DNA of 64,000 bases from Eledone cirrhosa. Taxonomy: Eukaryota. The position numbers were made by a program, and so were the translations under genes. Below are positions 23,482 through 37,775 of the stretch, piece after piece. The notes below the pieces were generated by a model. That model saw only the letters and a list, made by a program, of their open reading frames with translations. It was not told the DNA's origin and made no database searches. The stretch spans positions 13,888,001 through 13,952,000 of the forward strand of contig OZ024754.1 in the NCBI GenBank assembly GCA_964016885.1, written 5' to 3'. How positions within the stretch are numbered: the first letter of the stretch is position 1; every line of letters starts with the position of its first letter.

Positions 23482-23929
23482 TATAGAATCTACAGGTACG
23501 GTTACACTTACATGTGTACGTTGTTGATATAAAATGAGATGAAGAAAGAATGTGCGAGAGTGTGTGAAAGTGTAACTAAAACAACAACAAAGGAACCATC
23601 TCCTCCCTGTCCCTAGAAGCGAGAGATGGATCACCATATACTGATCAATATCCATATTAATCAGTCAAGTACGTAGTACTAACTCTACCACCACTGCCAT
23701 CACTGTAGCCAAGTTGCTTTACCAGTTCTACAGACAGTGGTTGGAGCTTGTCAGGCTCCCCTAATATGGCATGAAAGCTAAGCTGTTTCCTCAACCTGAC
23801 TATCTGCTGCTAGTTGTTATTAGTCTGTGGTAGTACTGAAGGTTTGGCAAAGTTAGTCAGGCTGGTCTTTAAAAAAAATCTTGATGCATGTCTCTCATTT
23901 GGATTGCAATGAGAAGTTAGAGTTATAAT

Positions 23930-25346
23930 AGAGAGGGGGAGAGTAAAGAGTTAACGTGAAGAGAGAGGGTGAGTGAGTGAGTGTGAGGGAAAAGAGTAAT
24001 GAGAGGGAGAGGGCAAAAAAAGAGTGAGACAGATAGAGAGAATGAGTTGTGGAAGATAGGGGAAAAGGGAAAGTGGTAAAAGAGACAGAATGAGTGTGTT
24101 GGGATAGAGAGAGGTAAGAGAGCAGACAGAGAGGGAGAGGTGCGATAAAGGGTGGGAATGATGAGAGAGGATAGAGAGGGAGAGCGCGGAGCGAGAAAGA
24201 GTGGGAATGATAAGAGACAGCGGAGAGAAGGAGAGAGCAGAGCGAGAAAGAGTGGGAATGATAAGAGAGAGAGAGAGAAAGAGTGAAAGTGACGAGACAG
24301 AGAGAAGAGGGGAAAAAATGAGCGTAGTGACGTAGAAAAAGAAAGCATGAGAGTAATGAGAGGGGATAAGGAAAGAGTTAAAGTGAGGAGAGAAAGTGGA
24401 AGGAAAGAGTAAAAAAGTGATGAGAGAGAGAGGAGAAAAGATAGAGAAAGAGTAAGAGAAGATGTGAAATAGATTGTATATGTATAACAGGACTGGTTTG
24501 AAATATACACTTCTTTCATTCCAGCTGGTGTTAACACAAACCAATTTCTCCCCCTCCTTCACTCTGACCTCTATCTTTTTATTTTCTCTCATTAACCCTC
24601 CACCTTACTTCACAGTCTCTCTCTCTCTCTCTCTCTCTCTCCCTGTCTGTATCTCTATCTCTCTCTATATATATATCTCTCTCTCTCCCTGTCTGTATCT
24701 CTCCCTGTCTGTATCTATCTCTATCTCTCTCTCACTCTGTCTGTCTGTATCTCTCTCTCTCCCTCCCTCTGTCTGTATCTCTCTCTCTCTCCCTCTGTCT
24801 GTATCTCTCTCTCTCCCTGTCTGTATCTATCTCTATCTCTCTCTCACTCTCACTGTCTGTATCTCTCTCTCTCTCCCTGTCTGTATCTATCTCTATCTCT
24901 CTCTCACTGTCTGTATCTCTCTCTCTCCCTGTCTGTATCTATCTCTATCTCTCTCTCCCTGTCGGTATCTATCTCTATCTCTCTCTCTCCCTGTCTGTAT
25001 CTATCTCTATCTCTCTCTCTCCCTGTCTGTATCTATCTCTATCTCTCTCTCTCCCTGTCTGTATCTATCTCTATCTCTCTCTCCCTGTCTGTATCTATCT
25101 CTATCTCTCTCTCCCTGTCTGTATCTATCTCTATCTCTCTCTCTCTTTCACTATCTTATTCTTTCTCACAGTAGCTCCATTTTCCCCTCCCTCCTCTCTC
25201 TGTTTTATTATCTCGAATACTTGCTCATAGTAATTTCTCTTTCTGTCCTCCTCCTCCTCTTCTCTCTTTCTCCCCTTCATTATCTTACACTCTCTCACAG
25301 TTAACTGCCTTATCTTCCTACCCCCTTCTCTTCTCTCAATACTCAC

Positions 25347-25418
<72 letters not shown>

Positions 25419-25420
25419 CA
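23930..25420. repeat. Purine-rich (GA) tract followed by pyrimidine-rich (CT)/ctgtctgtatct compound repeat
   Basis: Direct inspection. Confidence 0.9.
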
Positions 25421-26115
25421 TACACACACACATACGCACAACCTCCACCATAAATATAATTTACCCTGCTTACGTACACAGACAAACTTTACTCTCACAT
25501 CTAACAAAAAGATCACAAGGGTAAATAAACAACTACTTTTTTTCAGTCTTCGTTGGTTTGATACTTTGATGCACCTGGCGGCGAATTAGCAGAGTCAGAT
25601 AGAATACCTTGCTGTGTTCGTTTCAGCTCTCTGCTCTGTCAGTTCAAATCCCGCCGGATGTCAACTTTAGTTAAGTTTCAATCCAGTAATGGAGTTGATT
25701 CTTCTATATCTCCCCACCCACCCCCTCTCTCTCTAGAAGAAGAAGGCGGCGACGACGACGAAGAAGAAGTAGAAGAAATCGGCTGTGTTCAAACATAAGG
25801 ATGTTACGGGCTCCAACAAGTTTTAAATGTCCAAGACACACTGTATGGCATTATGGCGCCCCTACGACTCCATCAGGAGTTAAGTGTCCTTACATCCATA
25901 AATGTTGATGCAGATGACGAGAGTATAAACCACCAGCCCATGCCGAACTACTTGGTATAAGCTTGTGATCTACATCCCAGAATTTCAATAGCAGTGTAAA
26001 GTAAAGATTAATGCAACAGTTACGGATTTGTAAGGGAAAACAATGAAAATGACAGGACTATTGAACTCATTAGCTCTGTGTGAGAGTGTGTATGTGTGTG
26101 TCTGTGTGTCAGCAA

Positions 26116-26880
26116 TGGGCAGCGGATTGGCAGTATCGATAGAGCGTCAGACACCATGCTTTGCAGCATAGAGTTATGACCCTTTCATCCTTATGTGGTC
26201 GATGAAATAAAGCACCAGTAATGCACTGGGAAATTGCTGGCCTTGTGCCAAAAGTGGAAACAATTATTAAAAACCGCCTAAAATGCGGCTCCACTGCACC
26301 TTTATAAGATTTAGTTAGGACAGTGGCTTAGAGGAAGTATAAAGTTAGCAATGGTCGTTGTAACTATTAACTAACTAGTTTCCTGTGAACAGTTGCCAGT
26401 GATAATGTATGTTTTGTTACATATACATTTAATCGACTTTCCCCTCCCCCCAAATGTCTGGCCTTGTAGAACTCTGCTAGTAGAAATGGATTGGCAGTAT
26501 CGGTAGAGCGTCAGACACCATGCTTTGTGGTATTGAATTATGGCCCTTTACGTTCTGAGTTTAAATCCTGCCGAGATTAACTTTGCCTTTCATCCTTATG
26601 TGGTCGATAAAATAAAGTACCAGTAATGCACTGTTTTCGATTTAATCGACTTTCCCCTCCCCCCAAATGTCTGGCCTTGTACCTATAGTAGAAATGGATT
26701 GGCAGTATCGGTAGAGCGTCAAACCACATGCTTTGTGGTATTGAATTATGGCCCTTTACGTTCTGAGTTTAAATCCTGCCGAGGTTAACTTTGCCTTTCA
26801 TCCTTACGTGGTCGATGAAATAAAGTACCAGTAATACACTGGAGTAATTGCTGGCTTTGTGCCTAAAGTAGAATCAATTA
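26116..26880 (+). mobile_element. Cluster of SINE family A copies (partly tandem-duplicated)
   Basis: ggattggcagtatcg heads at ~26124, ~26488 and ~26696. Confidence 0.8.
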
Positions 26881-26934
26881 TTAACCCTTTTATCTGAAGA
26901 CTGCCACTTAACACCTACCCTAACATGTTCTCCA

Positions 26935-27150
26935 CCTCGTGGTCCTGGCCAACAGGATTGAGAAGACATTGCCCTGGAGGACAACAAGGGAGACACACTG
27001 GAACAACCACTCCACCTCATGGCGATCGCACCTGTGGGTAGCCAACTCTGCTTCGATAGCAGTGAGCAGGGAGGTGGTCAGGGGCCAACAGCACCACAAG
27101 TCTCCACAGCTACAGGCTGAGAGAGCAGCCGGTGAGAAATGAAACCAAGA
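26935..27150 (-). mobile_element. RLE-type (CRE-like) LINE 3' fragment
   Basis: Minus-strand QPVAVETCGAVGP...WLFQCVSLVVLQGN (frameshifted); homologous to 12700-12900. Confidence 0.6.
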
Positions 27151-27861
27151 GATATTTAAACTTTTTCTGTTTTTCTTATAAGCACTAGACTTATATTGAA
27201 TGGTCTTCCATTGGTTTCAGTTGTCCGACCAATGGAACAGCATTCCACAGACATGTGGCTCCATAACGCCATTTTCAGGGAGATTCAGGTTGACAGTCTG
27301 TGACAAGGGCCACTCTTTGAATTGCAGACACACTCCATGCTGTAAAGTAAGTGGCTGAGCATACCACAGACACGTGGGCCCATAATGTAATTCTCAGGGA
27401 GATTCAGTGTGAGTCTGTGACAAGGGCAGCTCTTTGAATAACAAGTACAATCCATGTTATAAAGTGGTTGAGCATTCCACAGAGACATGTGATAATTAGG
27501 TAATTCTCAGAGAGATTCAGTGTGACAGTCTGTGAATAATAGAACTGATAATAAGGATAATGATAAAGGAATACATTTAGTCACAAGTGGTGACAACATT
27601 CTAAACCTCACACTCAACAAGAAAACTAACTCTGCTAGTCACCAGTTGATGGGCAGCCAGAAACAGACCAAATTCCAAGTGCTTACTAATGTGTCCGAAC
27701 ACGGAAGAGCCAAACTCCCACTGTCATCGCCTCCATCTCTCTCGCCCTCCCCAGCTCTTTATATTATAAGCAAATGGGGGTCCTATGTGTTAGCTGCCCC
27801 ACAGCCCCGGTGGACAGAATAGAGAAGGTGTTTCCCCGGAGGATGGTAAAGGAGATGCGAC

Positions 27862-28740
27862 ACAGTCTATCTAGTTTTGGTCTACCAAATGTCACTCACA
27901 AAGCAAGGGTCACTCCCCCCCCCCCCCCAGGGCTATACAGTCTGTGACAAGGCTGGTTCTTTAAATTACAGAGACAGTCCATCCAGTTTTGGTATACCAA
28001 ATGTCACTCGCAAAGCAAGGGTCACCCCCCCAGGGCTATACAGTCTGTGACAAGGCTGGTTCTTTAAATTACAGACACAGTCCATCCAGTTTTGGTCTAC
28101 CAAATGTCACTTGCAAAGCAAGGGTCACCCCCCAGGGCTATACAGTCTGTGACAAGGCTAGTTCTTTAAATTACAGACACAGTCCATCCAGTTTTGGTAT
28201 ACCAAATGTCACTCGCAAAGCAAGGGTCACCCCCCAGGGCTATACAGTCTGTAACAAGGCTGGTTCTTTAAATTACAGACACAGTCCATCCAGTTTTGGT
28301 CTACCAAATGTCACTTGCAAAGCAAGGGTCACCCCCCAGGGCTATACAGTCTGTAACAAGGCTGGTTCTTTAAATTACAGACACAGTCCATCCAGTTTTG
28401 GTCTACCAAATGTCACTTGCAAAGCAAGGGTCACCTCCCCAGGGCTATACAGTCTGTGACAAGGCTGGTTCTTTAAATTACAGAGACAGTCCATCCAGTT
28501 TTGGTATACCAAATGTCACTCGCAAAGCAAGGGTCACCCCCCAGGGCTATACAGTCTGTGACAAGGCTGGTTCTTTAAATTACAGACACAGTCCATCCAG
28601 TTTTGGTCTACCAAATGTCACTCGCAAAGCAAGGGTCACCCCCCAGGGCTATACAGTCTGTGACAAGGCTGGTTCTTTAAATTACAGAGACAGTCCATCC
28701 AGTTTTGGTATACCAAATGTCACTCACATAGCCAGGGCTA
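27862..28740. repeat. 102-103-bp minisatellite, ~8.5 units
   Basis: ttaaattacag recurs at 27961, 28064, 28166, ... The unit shares cagtctgtgacaagg...ctttraatt with the repeat remnants at 27230-27535. Confidence 0.95.
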
Positions 28741-30534
28741 TGGTAATGACACTAGTCGTAATGCAGTAGGAGGAGGGAAGCAAGGAAGCTGTGCTGGAAA
28801 AGATCTATCTAACCCATGCAAACCAAACATGGAAAAACAGACATATGATGATGATGATGATGATGATGTAGTCATATGACATGTGTTCTGAACATTGATG
28901 AATGAAGGTGAGGAATGCTGAAATTGAATTATCAAGGAAGAAAAATCTAGAAAGATGAACAATTGATAAAATAAGCAAGTTGGCATAAATAAGGATAAAT
29001 AAGTTACATATAATGAAGATTTTAAAAAAATAACCTAGCTGAGACAGTTTGGGGGGTGGGGGGTACTCATTGAAAACAGCAGCCTTTGGCTCAAACACTG
29101 GCAAGTTATCTAAAGAAATACATTTGTGTATGAAGGATAGTGAAGGGCACATGACTTAATGGTTAGAGAATTGGAATCACAATCGTGAGGCTATTTAGAT
29201 TCTAGGACTAGGAGATGTGTTGTCTTGTGTCCTGGCCTTGAGCAAGACATTTTATTTCACATAGCTCTTTCTGCCAGGAGTTGCTACTGGTAGATAGTAT
29301 CAGTAATGGAAACATTGCTTCCTCGGTACGAATTGACCTCTCGGTAAGCAAACTCATGCCCTTATAATCATGAGATTATAACCACGAATCCACATGCCTT
29401 CCCTGTAGAAATATATCCCTTGAATAATCTTAGCTGAAAGATCATTCTGAATAGAATGGACTTTCAACAGAACACATTCTAAAATTTATTTAAATCCAAA
29501 AAAAACCTTCCATTTCTCAGCCCCGCCCAGCTCTCTGTCAACCTCTCTCTCACACACACAGACATACAAACACTGACACACACACACACTCACACACACT
29601 GACTGACACACACACACTGACACACTCACACACATGCACCAGACAAAGGGTAATATTGAAGTTTAATGACAACTTTCTACATCCTACAACTGGCATTTGT
29701 AAAAGGTTACCACTAGGGTGAGGACAAGGAATAATTGGGTGGTGATGGTGGTGGTAGAGGTAGTAGAGGTGGTGGTGGTGGTGGTGGTAGTGGTGGTGGT
29801 AGTGGTGGTGGTGGTGGTGGTGGTGGATGTTGTGGGTTACAAAGACGATAGTGCTATCAATGTTACCAGCATTTACTTGAGAGAGAAGTTGATAATAATG
29901 AGTGATTCTGATGTTGATGGTTACAGAGTTTAAAGGGAGGCAAACTTTCTACTGGGTCAGCACTCCAGTCAGGAACATGTATGTATCATAATACATGTTT
30001 GAGAAAGGTTTTATTTGCTAGTATATGTATGAATATGTAGGCTACATGAACATGTACCGGGCTGTATGTATCTCTGTTACTCACTTACACATATTCATAC
30101 ATACAATCAGTAGGCATCTCTAAACAAAATACACCCCCGTCCCACCCCATCCACACCGCCCCTTTCAATGTAAAGTTATGTTGGTGCCACAACATCCAGG
30201 CCGAAACAAATGAGATCGTGTAGGTGTCACGACAAAAAAACACACAGTCCACGCTGTAATGTGGCCGTGTAGGCAACACGGTAAAAACCTCCCAGCCCAC
30301 ACTGTAAATGTGGTTGGTGTCAGGAAGGGCATCCAGCTGTAGAAAACCCGCCAGACAGTCCTATGCGAGCAATGACAACCACTCTTGCCTCAAGTGGGAA
30401 AACTCCCGTCCAAACCCATCCAAGCGTGGAACATGGACGTTAAACGATGATGATGACTGAGTGGATGAATAAGTAAGATTGTATATGTGAGGCTATGTGT
30501 ATACATGTCTGTGTAGGATATATGAAAGGAATGA

Positions 30535-30730
30535 TCGACGTTCGTTAATCGGACCGAGGAAACAATGTTTCCGTTGGTCTTTCCAATTGCTAATACTATC
30601 TATCGGTCGTAGAAGGAGCGACGTGAAATAAAGTGTCTTGCTCAAGGACATAACGCATCACCTGGTCCAGGAATCGAACTCACAACCTTTCGATTGCGAA
30701 TCCAATTCTCTAACCGCTCAGCCACACACC
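30535..30730 (-). mobile_element. SINE, family B-related subfamily
   Basis: Near-identical to 22722-22940. Confidence 0.75.
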
Positions 30731-31135
30731 TAGGATATATGAATGATGCCATAATTGCAGGCTTAGGGAATCAGAGTTCTCCATCTCATTAGGCTGGCTG
30801 TCTTAATGACACTACAGAGCTCAACCTACATTACCAAGCACAAGCAAGCATGGAAAAAACTGACATAAAAATGACAACAATGATGATGGTGATAATACAT
30901 GAGTGTTCATACATGGTTTATGAGAATTCTTGAACAGAGCTGTTGTTTGAGAAGGACTCTACTCTGAAGTGGATTTCTGAAAGGACCCCTATGTCAATGA
31001 TAGTGAGGGTGGTAGAGGTGGCAGTACATGGAAGTGGAGTGTAGTAGTGGTGACAGCAAGGTTGAGTGTGTTGGCTAACGAACCATACGTAGCTGGTTTG
31101 GTGGCGTTGTAGTAACTGCGTTAATAATTATATAT

Positions 31136-31178
<43 letters not shown>

Positions 31179-31689
31179 CAATAGATAATTGTATTTACAT
31201 CTATTCTAAAACAGGATATACACACATCATCATCATCATCATCGATTAACATCTATCTTCCACGCTAACATGGGTTAGACGGGTTTGTCCCATTTAGAGT
31301 CAAGTTGGGTCAGGTGTCCGTGTCTTGCTCATATAGGAGAGTTTCTGGCTGGTTTTCTATGGCTGGATGCCCTTCCTAACGCCAACCACATTGACAGTGT
31401 GTGATGGATGCTTTTTGTTTGTGACACCTACACATTCACTTTAGTGTGGGCTGGATGTTCTTTACTGGTGGACTGGGCACTGGATTTTCTTTACTGTGTT
31501 GCCATGTCACCGACACAACCACTTTACAGTGGGGCCTGGGTACTTTTGTCTTGGGACTAAGGAGGGTGGAGAATCTTGGGGGGAAAAATGTGGACAGGGT
31601 AGTAGGGGAGAGACAGTTACTGCTAAAGGAGGTGTATGGGAGGGGGGGGGGGGAAGGTTGAGGAAGGTGTTGCCTACTAGGTATAAGCC

Positions 31690-32030
31690 TCATCCTGAGA
31701 ATAATAGAGGACGGGTCTTCCGTAAAACTGCATAGTATCAGAGGTCGTGGTCCTGTGTCATTGCCTTTGAGAGGTGTAATTGTGTAAGGTCAGCTTTTAT
31801 TACCTCACCCCAAGTCTTCCTAGGCCTGCCCACACCGCAGCTACCATCGACCTTGAGCACTCTGCACCTTATTATACAGCTGTCATCCTTCATATGCATC
31901 ACATGTCCATACCAACACAATCTCCACTCCTGCATGCAACAACTCGAAGCATGGAAGCTTCATTTCTTTCCAATCTTCGCAGGTCCCTCAGCACACAGTG
32001 CCCAGGTCTCGCTGCTGTGCAACATTGTTT
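31690..32030 (-). mobile_element. RTE-clade LINE 3' fragment
   Basis: RLCWYGHVMHMKDD...GRPRKTWGEVIKADL; homologous to 40950-41110, 57392-57670 and 63803-64000. Confidence 0.75.
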
Positions 32031-32342
32031 TTCATATACATGCACCATACAGTCTAACCCCAACCCATGGCTAGCGTGGAAGATGGACGTTAAATGACGA
32101 TGATGATGAATGTATCATGCGTATATGTATGCATCTATTTGTATATATTCAGTCAGCTTATATATATATATATTTACATATTGACTTACATATTGCTGAG
32201 GATGGGAGGGACCTTGATTGAATCTATGAATATATAGCAACATGTGTGTATGTGTGTGTGTATGTATATGTACAGACGAATGTATGAATGTATGTATGTA
32301 AATGTATGAGTGAATGTATGTATATATATGTAAGTGTGCATG

Positions 32343-32394
<52 letters not shown>

Positions 32395-32464
32395 GTGTGA
32401 ATGTATGTATATATATATATATATGTGAATTATGATGAATGTATGTATATATATGTAAATGTGC

Positions 32465-32527
<63 letters not shown>

Positions 32528-32567
32528 TACAAATATTAATAAAATAGATGTTCTTTTGATCAATTAC

Positions 32568-32620
32568 ATTTTATTATACATATTTCGGATGTACAACAGT
32601 ACGTCCTCATCAGACAAAAT
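32568..32620 (-). ncRNA. Minimal type-I hammerhead ribozyme motif
   Basis: Minus strand: attttgt-CTGATGA-ggacgtac(tgtt)gtacatcc-GAAA-t(atgt)a-TA-ataaaat. Confidence 0.7.
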
Positions 32621-32739
32621 ATAATGATACTTGACATACCCATTTAATATTAATAACTCTGGAAAATTATTTTCCGTAGAGTGCTTCCAATCTACTGTAA
32701 AACTCATTCTTTGATATACTCATTGAACCTTGTTTAAAC

Positions 32740-32770
<31 letters not shown>

Positions 32771-32939
32771 CGTGTGAATGTATGTATATATATATATATA
32801 TGTGAATTTATTATGAATGTATGTATGTTGAATGTATGTATGTATATACGTATGTGTGAATGTATATATGTGTGTATATACGTACGTGTGAATGTATATA
32901 CGTATGTGTGAATGTAGATATGTGTGTGAAAGAGTATGC

Positions 32940-33139
32940 NNNNNNNNNNNNNNNNNNNNNNNNNNNNNNNNNNNNNNNNNNNNNNNNNNNNNNNNNNNNN
33001 NNNNNNNNNNNNNNNNNNNNNNNNNNNNNNNNNNNNNNNNNNNNNNNNNNNNNNNNNNNNNNNNNNNNNNNNNNNNNNNNNNNNNNNNNNNNNNNNNNNN
33101 NNNNNNNNNNNNNNNNNNNNNNNNNNNNNNNNNNNNNNN
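32940..33139. other. Assembly gap (200 N)
   Basis: Run of N flanked by microsatellites. Confidence 1.
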
Positions 33140-33722
33140 AGATATACACACAGAAACATACACACTGATATACACACAGAAACAGATACACATACAGATA
33201 TACACACAGAAACAGATACACATACGCACACACACAGAAACAGATACACACACACATACAGATATACACACAAACAGATACACACACACAGAGATAAACA
33301 CAGATATACACAGATACACACACACACAGACACACACGCAGATATACACACAAACAGATACACACACACAGATATACACACAAACAGATACGCACAGAAA
33401 TAAACACAGACACACACACACACACACAGATATACACACAAACAGATACACACACATACATGCACTGACACACTCACAGATATATATACACACACACCTT
33501 CCTCCACTCCTATCAACAAGCATGTAACATGGCTACCTATAAACAGCTTGCTAAAAGACTTGAATCATTCCAGCAGGAATGTGAATTGAGTAAACATCCA
33601 ACTTGTAATCTTTCACTTCAGATAATTCTCCTCCAAGACAACTTTTAGTTTTGTTCTCTTAAACTTTTGCCTTGCTTCCTCCTTTTCTTTTTATTCGTGG
33701 TTTCTGTCCTAACTGTTCTTCC

Positions 33723-34130
33723 CATCATCAGGTCGAGCTTGCTCGGCTTTCTAAGACACGTTTCCTTCATCCATCTCTGTCTCTCATAGAGTTTGCCAGT
33801 TCTTCCGCAGTGCATTCCAGCATCGTCCTCAAGTTGCTTGACGTATGTCTTCTTGGGACGACCAGCGTTTCTTTCTCCATGAGATGGACTCCATAACAAC
33901 ACATCACCTGCTATTTCTTCCTTGCTGCGCCAACAGTGGCCAGCAAATCTGAGTCTCTGTCCACGTATTGACCTGCTGATAGGTGGTATATTGCCATAGA
34001 GATCCTTATTTGTTGGGTGTTCCCTCCAAGACACGTTTAAAGCAGCGCGAGCATATGTGTGTATGCCCCGTCTAGCTTTATCTCCAGTTTCGACGTTAGC
34101 GTCCAAGTGACAGAGCCATAAACAAGCATC
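33723..34130 (-). mobile_element. RTE-X-like LINE 3' fragment
   Basis: RAALNVSWREHPTNKDLYG...RLRFAGHCWR...LLWSPSHG...GRPKKTYVKQL. Confidence 0.8.
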
Positions 34131-34169
34131 AGCCTCATTTATCTACAGACACTTTCATTCAAACAACAA

Positions 34170-34530
34170 AAGCACCTTGGTGAGACCAACACTGGCCTGC
34201 TTCGATGCCTTCAGAACACAAGCTGGTGACATCCGACTTTGAGAGAGATATATGTGTCGGCCTCCCACACATATCTGTCGTTGTACGTAAAAGGAGAGCA
34301 AGATTTGCTGGCCACTACCAGCATGCCACCTATGAAGCTGTGTGTCCCCATTAGTGCTTTGGAAACCACAAGCAGTCATTAATAACAGGGGGTGCAAGTT
34401 CTCCTATCCCGATGTCATCTCCAGAGATTCTGGTATTGAAATCCAGGACTTGGCAACGGCAATGAATGACAGACCCACATGGAGACCAATTGTTGAGTCC
34501 ATTTCAGCTGAGGCTGGCAGATGATGATGA
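34170..34530 (+). mobile_element. RTE-X-like LINE 3' fragment (degenerate)
   Basis: LVLWKP...SYPDVISRDSG...AMNDRPTWR; (GAT)n tail. Confidence 0.65.
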
Positions 34531-35335
34531 CCTACAGAACACAATATAGAGAGTAAGCAACGGAAGGACTCCTTTCTATGCTGGCATGGGTTGTACAGGT
34601 GGTCTCTGTCTGAAACAAGATAGGTCAATGTGACCAATCTTGCTTGCTTAATTCCATATTTGGCATGTTTTCAACAGCTGGATGCCTTTCCTATAACCAA
34701 CCACCTTGTAAGGTGTACTGGGTGACTTTTTTTCATGGCACCAGCGCTACCACTTTACAGAGTGTACAGAGTGCATTTTTTCATGCCACCTACACTAACA
34801 CTTTGGTGTATACAGGGTGCATTTTTTGTAGCACCAACACTACCACTTTACAAAGTGTACTGGGTGCATTTTTTCATAGCACCAACACTACCACTTTACA
34901 GAGACCACTGGGTGCACTTTATGTGACACATTTTAGAGTGGAGTAGGTGCACTTTATAGTGGTACCTGCTAAACTTTTCTGTTATAGTCTGAAGGATGGT
35001 AATAAACAGGAGAGGGCTATGGACAGAGCCCTGGTGAAGCCATGATGATGATGATGATGATGACAGTAAGACTGGAAATACATGACAGATATTCAGAATT
35101 TTTCACATTGGAAACCATTTCCTATATCCATACAAGGTGACATCCACCGATCTACCAGAAATGTTATTATACACAAGTCATAGTTATTTCAAGTTATTTT
35201 TTTATTATTATTTCTGGTCTCTTTTTTTTTTTTCTTTCACTTCCACATTTTTCTTACTTTCTCATTCCTCCTTTAATTCTCTTAAACCATCCTGTTTCTT
35301 TCCTGTTTTACTGCAACATCCATAAACATATATAT

Positions 35336-35564
35336 TTAACCCTTTAGCATTTAAACCGGCTGTATCCGGCCAGAATCTCTCACCTCTTTCCGTTCAAACC
35401 AGCCATAGCCGGCCACTCATGCTAAATGTTAAGGTACTGTTCTTAAAATAAATGATATCAAAATCTCATAGATTCGATATTATGTGAAATATTTTTGTGA
35501 TATAAAGCCTTTACCATGAAAATATAATAGTAAATATAGAGTAATGTAGATGCTAAATGGTTAA
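35336..35564. mobile_element. piggyBac-like TTAA MITE
   Basis: TTAA-ccctttagcattta...gatgctaaatgg-TTAA. Confidence 0.75.
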
Positions 35565-35817
35565 ACACACAAATATAAATACATTTGTATATATACAAAT
35601 AGTTAAGCTTCACCAGTGACCCAATAACATACATATACACACACCTCCACTATCTTCTACATTACCCCCTCCTCCTTCTCTCCTATATCTGTCAAATCCC
35701 ACAGCACCAATGCTACCATGCTGTCACTCATCTTAACACTCCCCCCCTTCTCATAACAAGGCATCCCCTCACCCAGGGCATTTCAGTCAAGTCAATAAGA
35801 AATATCCATGGCAATAA

Positions 35818-36003
35818 TTGTTTCTACTTTTGGCACAAGGCCAGCAATTATCCCAGTGTATTACTGGTACTTTATTTTATCGACCCCGTAAGGATGAAAG
35901 GCAAAGTTAACCTCGGCGGGATTTGAACTCAGTCCGTAAAGGGACATAACTGTGCTGCAAAGCATGGCGTCCGACCCTCTACCGATACTGATAATCCACT
36001 GCT
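35818..36003 (-). mobile_element. SINE family A with 12-bp TSD
   Basis: TSD tccatggcaata on both sides. Confidence 0.85.
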
Positions 36004-36368
36004 CCATGGCAATAGTATTATGATAATATGCCCCCAGTCCACCCAGTAAAGTTGTAACTAATAGGATGGGCATCCAGCTGTAGAAACCATGCCAACGAAT
36101 GATTGTGAGGACACTTCAGGTGTGTCAAGGACTTGACAAAACCCCTAATGTTGGTGCTACGATAAAATACACCCACTACACTCTGTAAAATGATTGGTAA
36201 TGGGTAGATTATATAGCTGTAGAAACTACAGCCAAAGTAGGAACATATGTAAATAAGAGCGTGGCACCAGCCAGTCTGTGAGGACATTGGTTTCAATGAA
36301 ATACGGACATTGTCTGTGACAACCTGTCAAAACTATACCAGTATATAGAGAGGGCATTAAATGATGAT

Positions 36369-36401
<33 letters not shown>

Positions 36402-36412
36402 TACATCAATTT

Positions 36413-36740
36413 TACATCATTTTTACGTCCGCTTTTCCCTGCTTGCAAGGGTGGGACGGGAACTGATTCTGGTTTGATTTCTACAGCTGGATGCCCTTCC
36501 TAACACCAACCTCATTTACAGTGAGTGCTGGGTGCTTTTTTGCCGTGGCACCTCCACGACCACTTTGCAGTGGAATGATAGGGACCCCAGTCCCTATCAT
36601 CTCATTTCTACAGCTGAGTAAACTGGAGCAATGTGAAATAAAGTGTCTTGCTCAAGGAAACAACACATCACCCGGTCTGAGAATTGAACTCACAACGTTC
36701 CGATTGCAAGGCCAATGCTCTAACCACTAAGCCATGTGCC

Positions 36741-36742
<2 letters not shown>
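36413..36742 (-). mobile_element. SINE family B, full length
   Basis: Reverse-complement near-identity to 12176-12518. Confidence 0.85.
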
Positions 36743-36805
<63 letters not shown>

Positions 36806-36842
36806 CAGCAAGAATCGTATTTCGGCTGGTAGGGGAAAGCGA

Positions 36843-36877
<35 letters not shown>

Positions 36878-36898
36878 GAGGTGAGTATCATGTATTCC

Positions 36899-36969
36899 TA
36901 TTTTATCTGATGAGGACGCAGATATCATCCCATGATGATATTTGTTTTTAGAATGCGCATAATAAAATA
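36899..36969 (+). ncRNA. Degenerate hammerhead motif (GAAA mutated)
   Basis: tattttat-CTGATGA-stem-ttAGAA-tgcgcata-ataaaata; homolog of 22216-22286. Confidence 0.5.
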
Positions 36970-37775
36970 CTTGGAACTCTTTTAACCCTCTTTTGATCTT
37001 ATATCATATATATATATATATATATATATAAAGTACCAGTGATACACTGGGTATGTGATGGCCTTGTGCCAAAAGTAGAAACAATTATTTATGTATATAT
37101 GTGTGTGTGTGTAATTACAGGAAGATTTCCGATGGGTATCGCGAAGTGCCCTCATTCAAAAAAGTTACTCAAAACGAGACAGTTCTAGTTCTGTAGAAGT
37201 CATTTCTATATAAAGCTATCCATATATATATATATATATAAAAACATGAGAAGAATGAATACTGCGTGGTTGCACATGGGTTACATATGATAAAAAATAG
37301 TCCTTCATCAGTAATTTTCCAACCTTCATTGGTATTTCATCGCTTTAAAAATCATATACCTCAAGTTGGTGCGAGCAATAGCTAAATAAAGCTATTGGGA
37401 CAAGTAAATCGCGTAAAACGAGCGAGACAAGTAAACAAACATAGAAGGATAGCAACGCAAAGATAGGAAAAAACAAGCACAAGGGAGTCCGATCAGCTTA
37501 AGCTGTGTGGATTTCATGAGCGAGGGACAACAGACCGTGCGACGCGAGTGAGGTGTGAGCAAGAAAGACCCCACTTCAGGCCAAACGGGAGGAAGTGAGA
37601 AGGGGATATATATATATTTTTTTATACCAAAGTTGTCAAATATGACAACTACTTTGGCACGAAACTCTAGTCCTTTGTATCAGTATTGCAGCTAATAAAT
37701 ATTTTTATATCTGCATTATACAATGGATAAATGTTCTCCCGTTTGTAAAACTAAATATATATCATACATATAATA

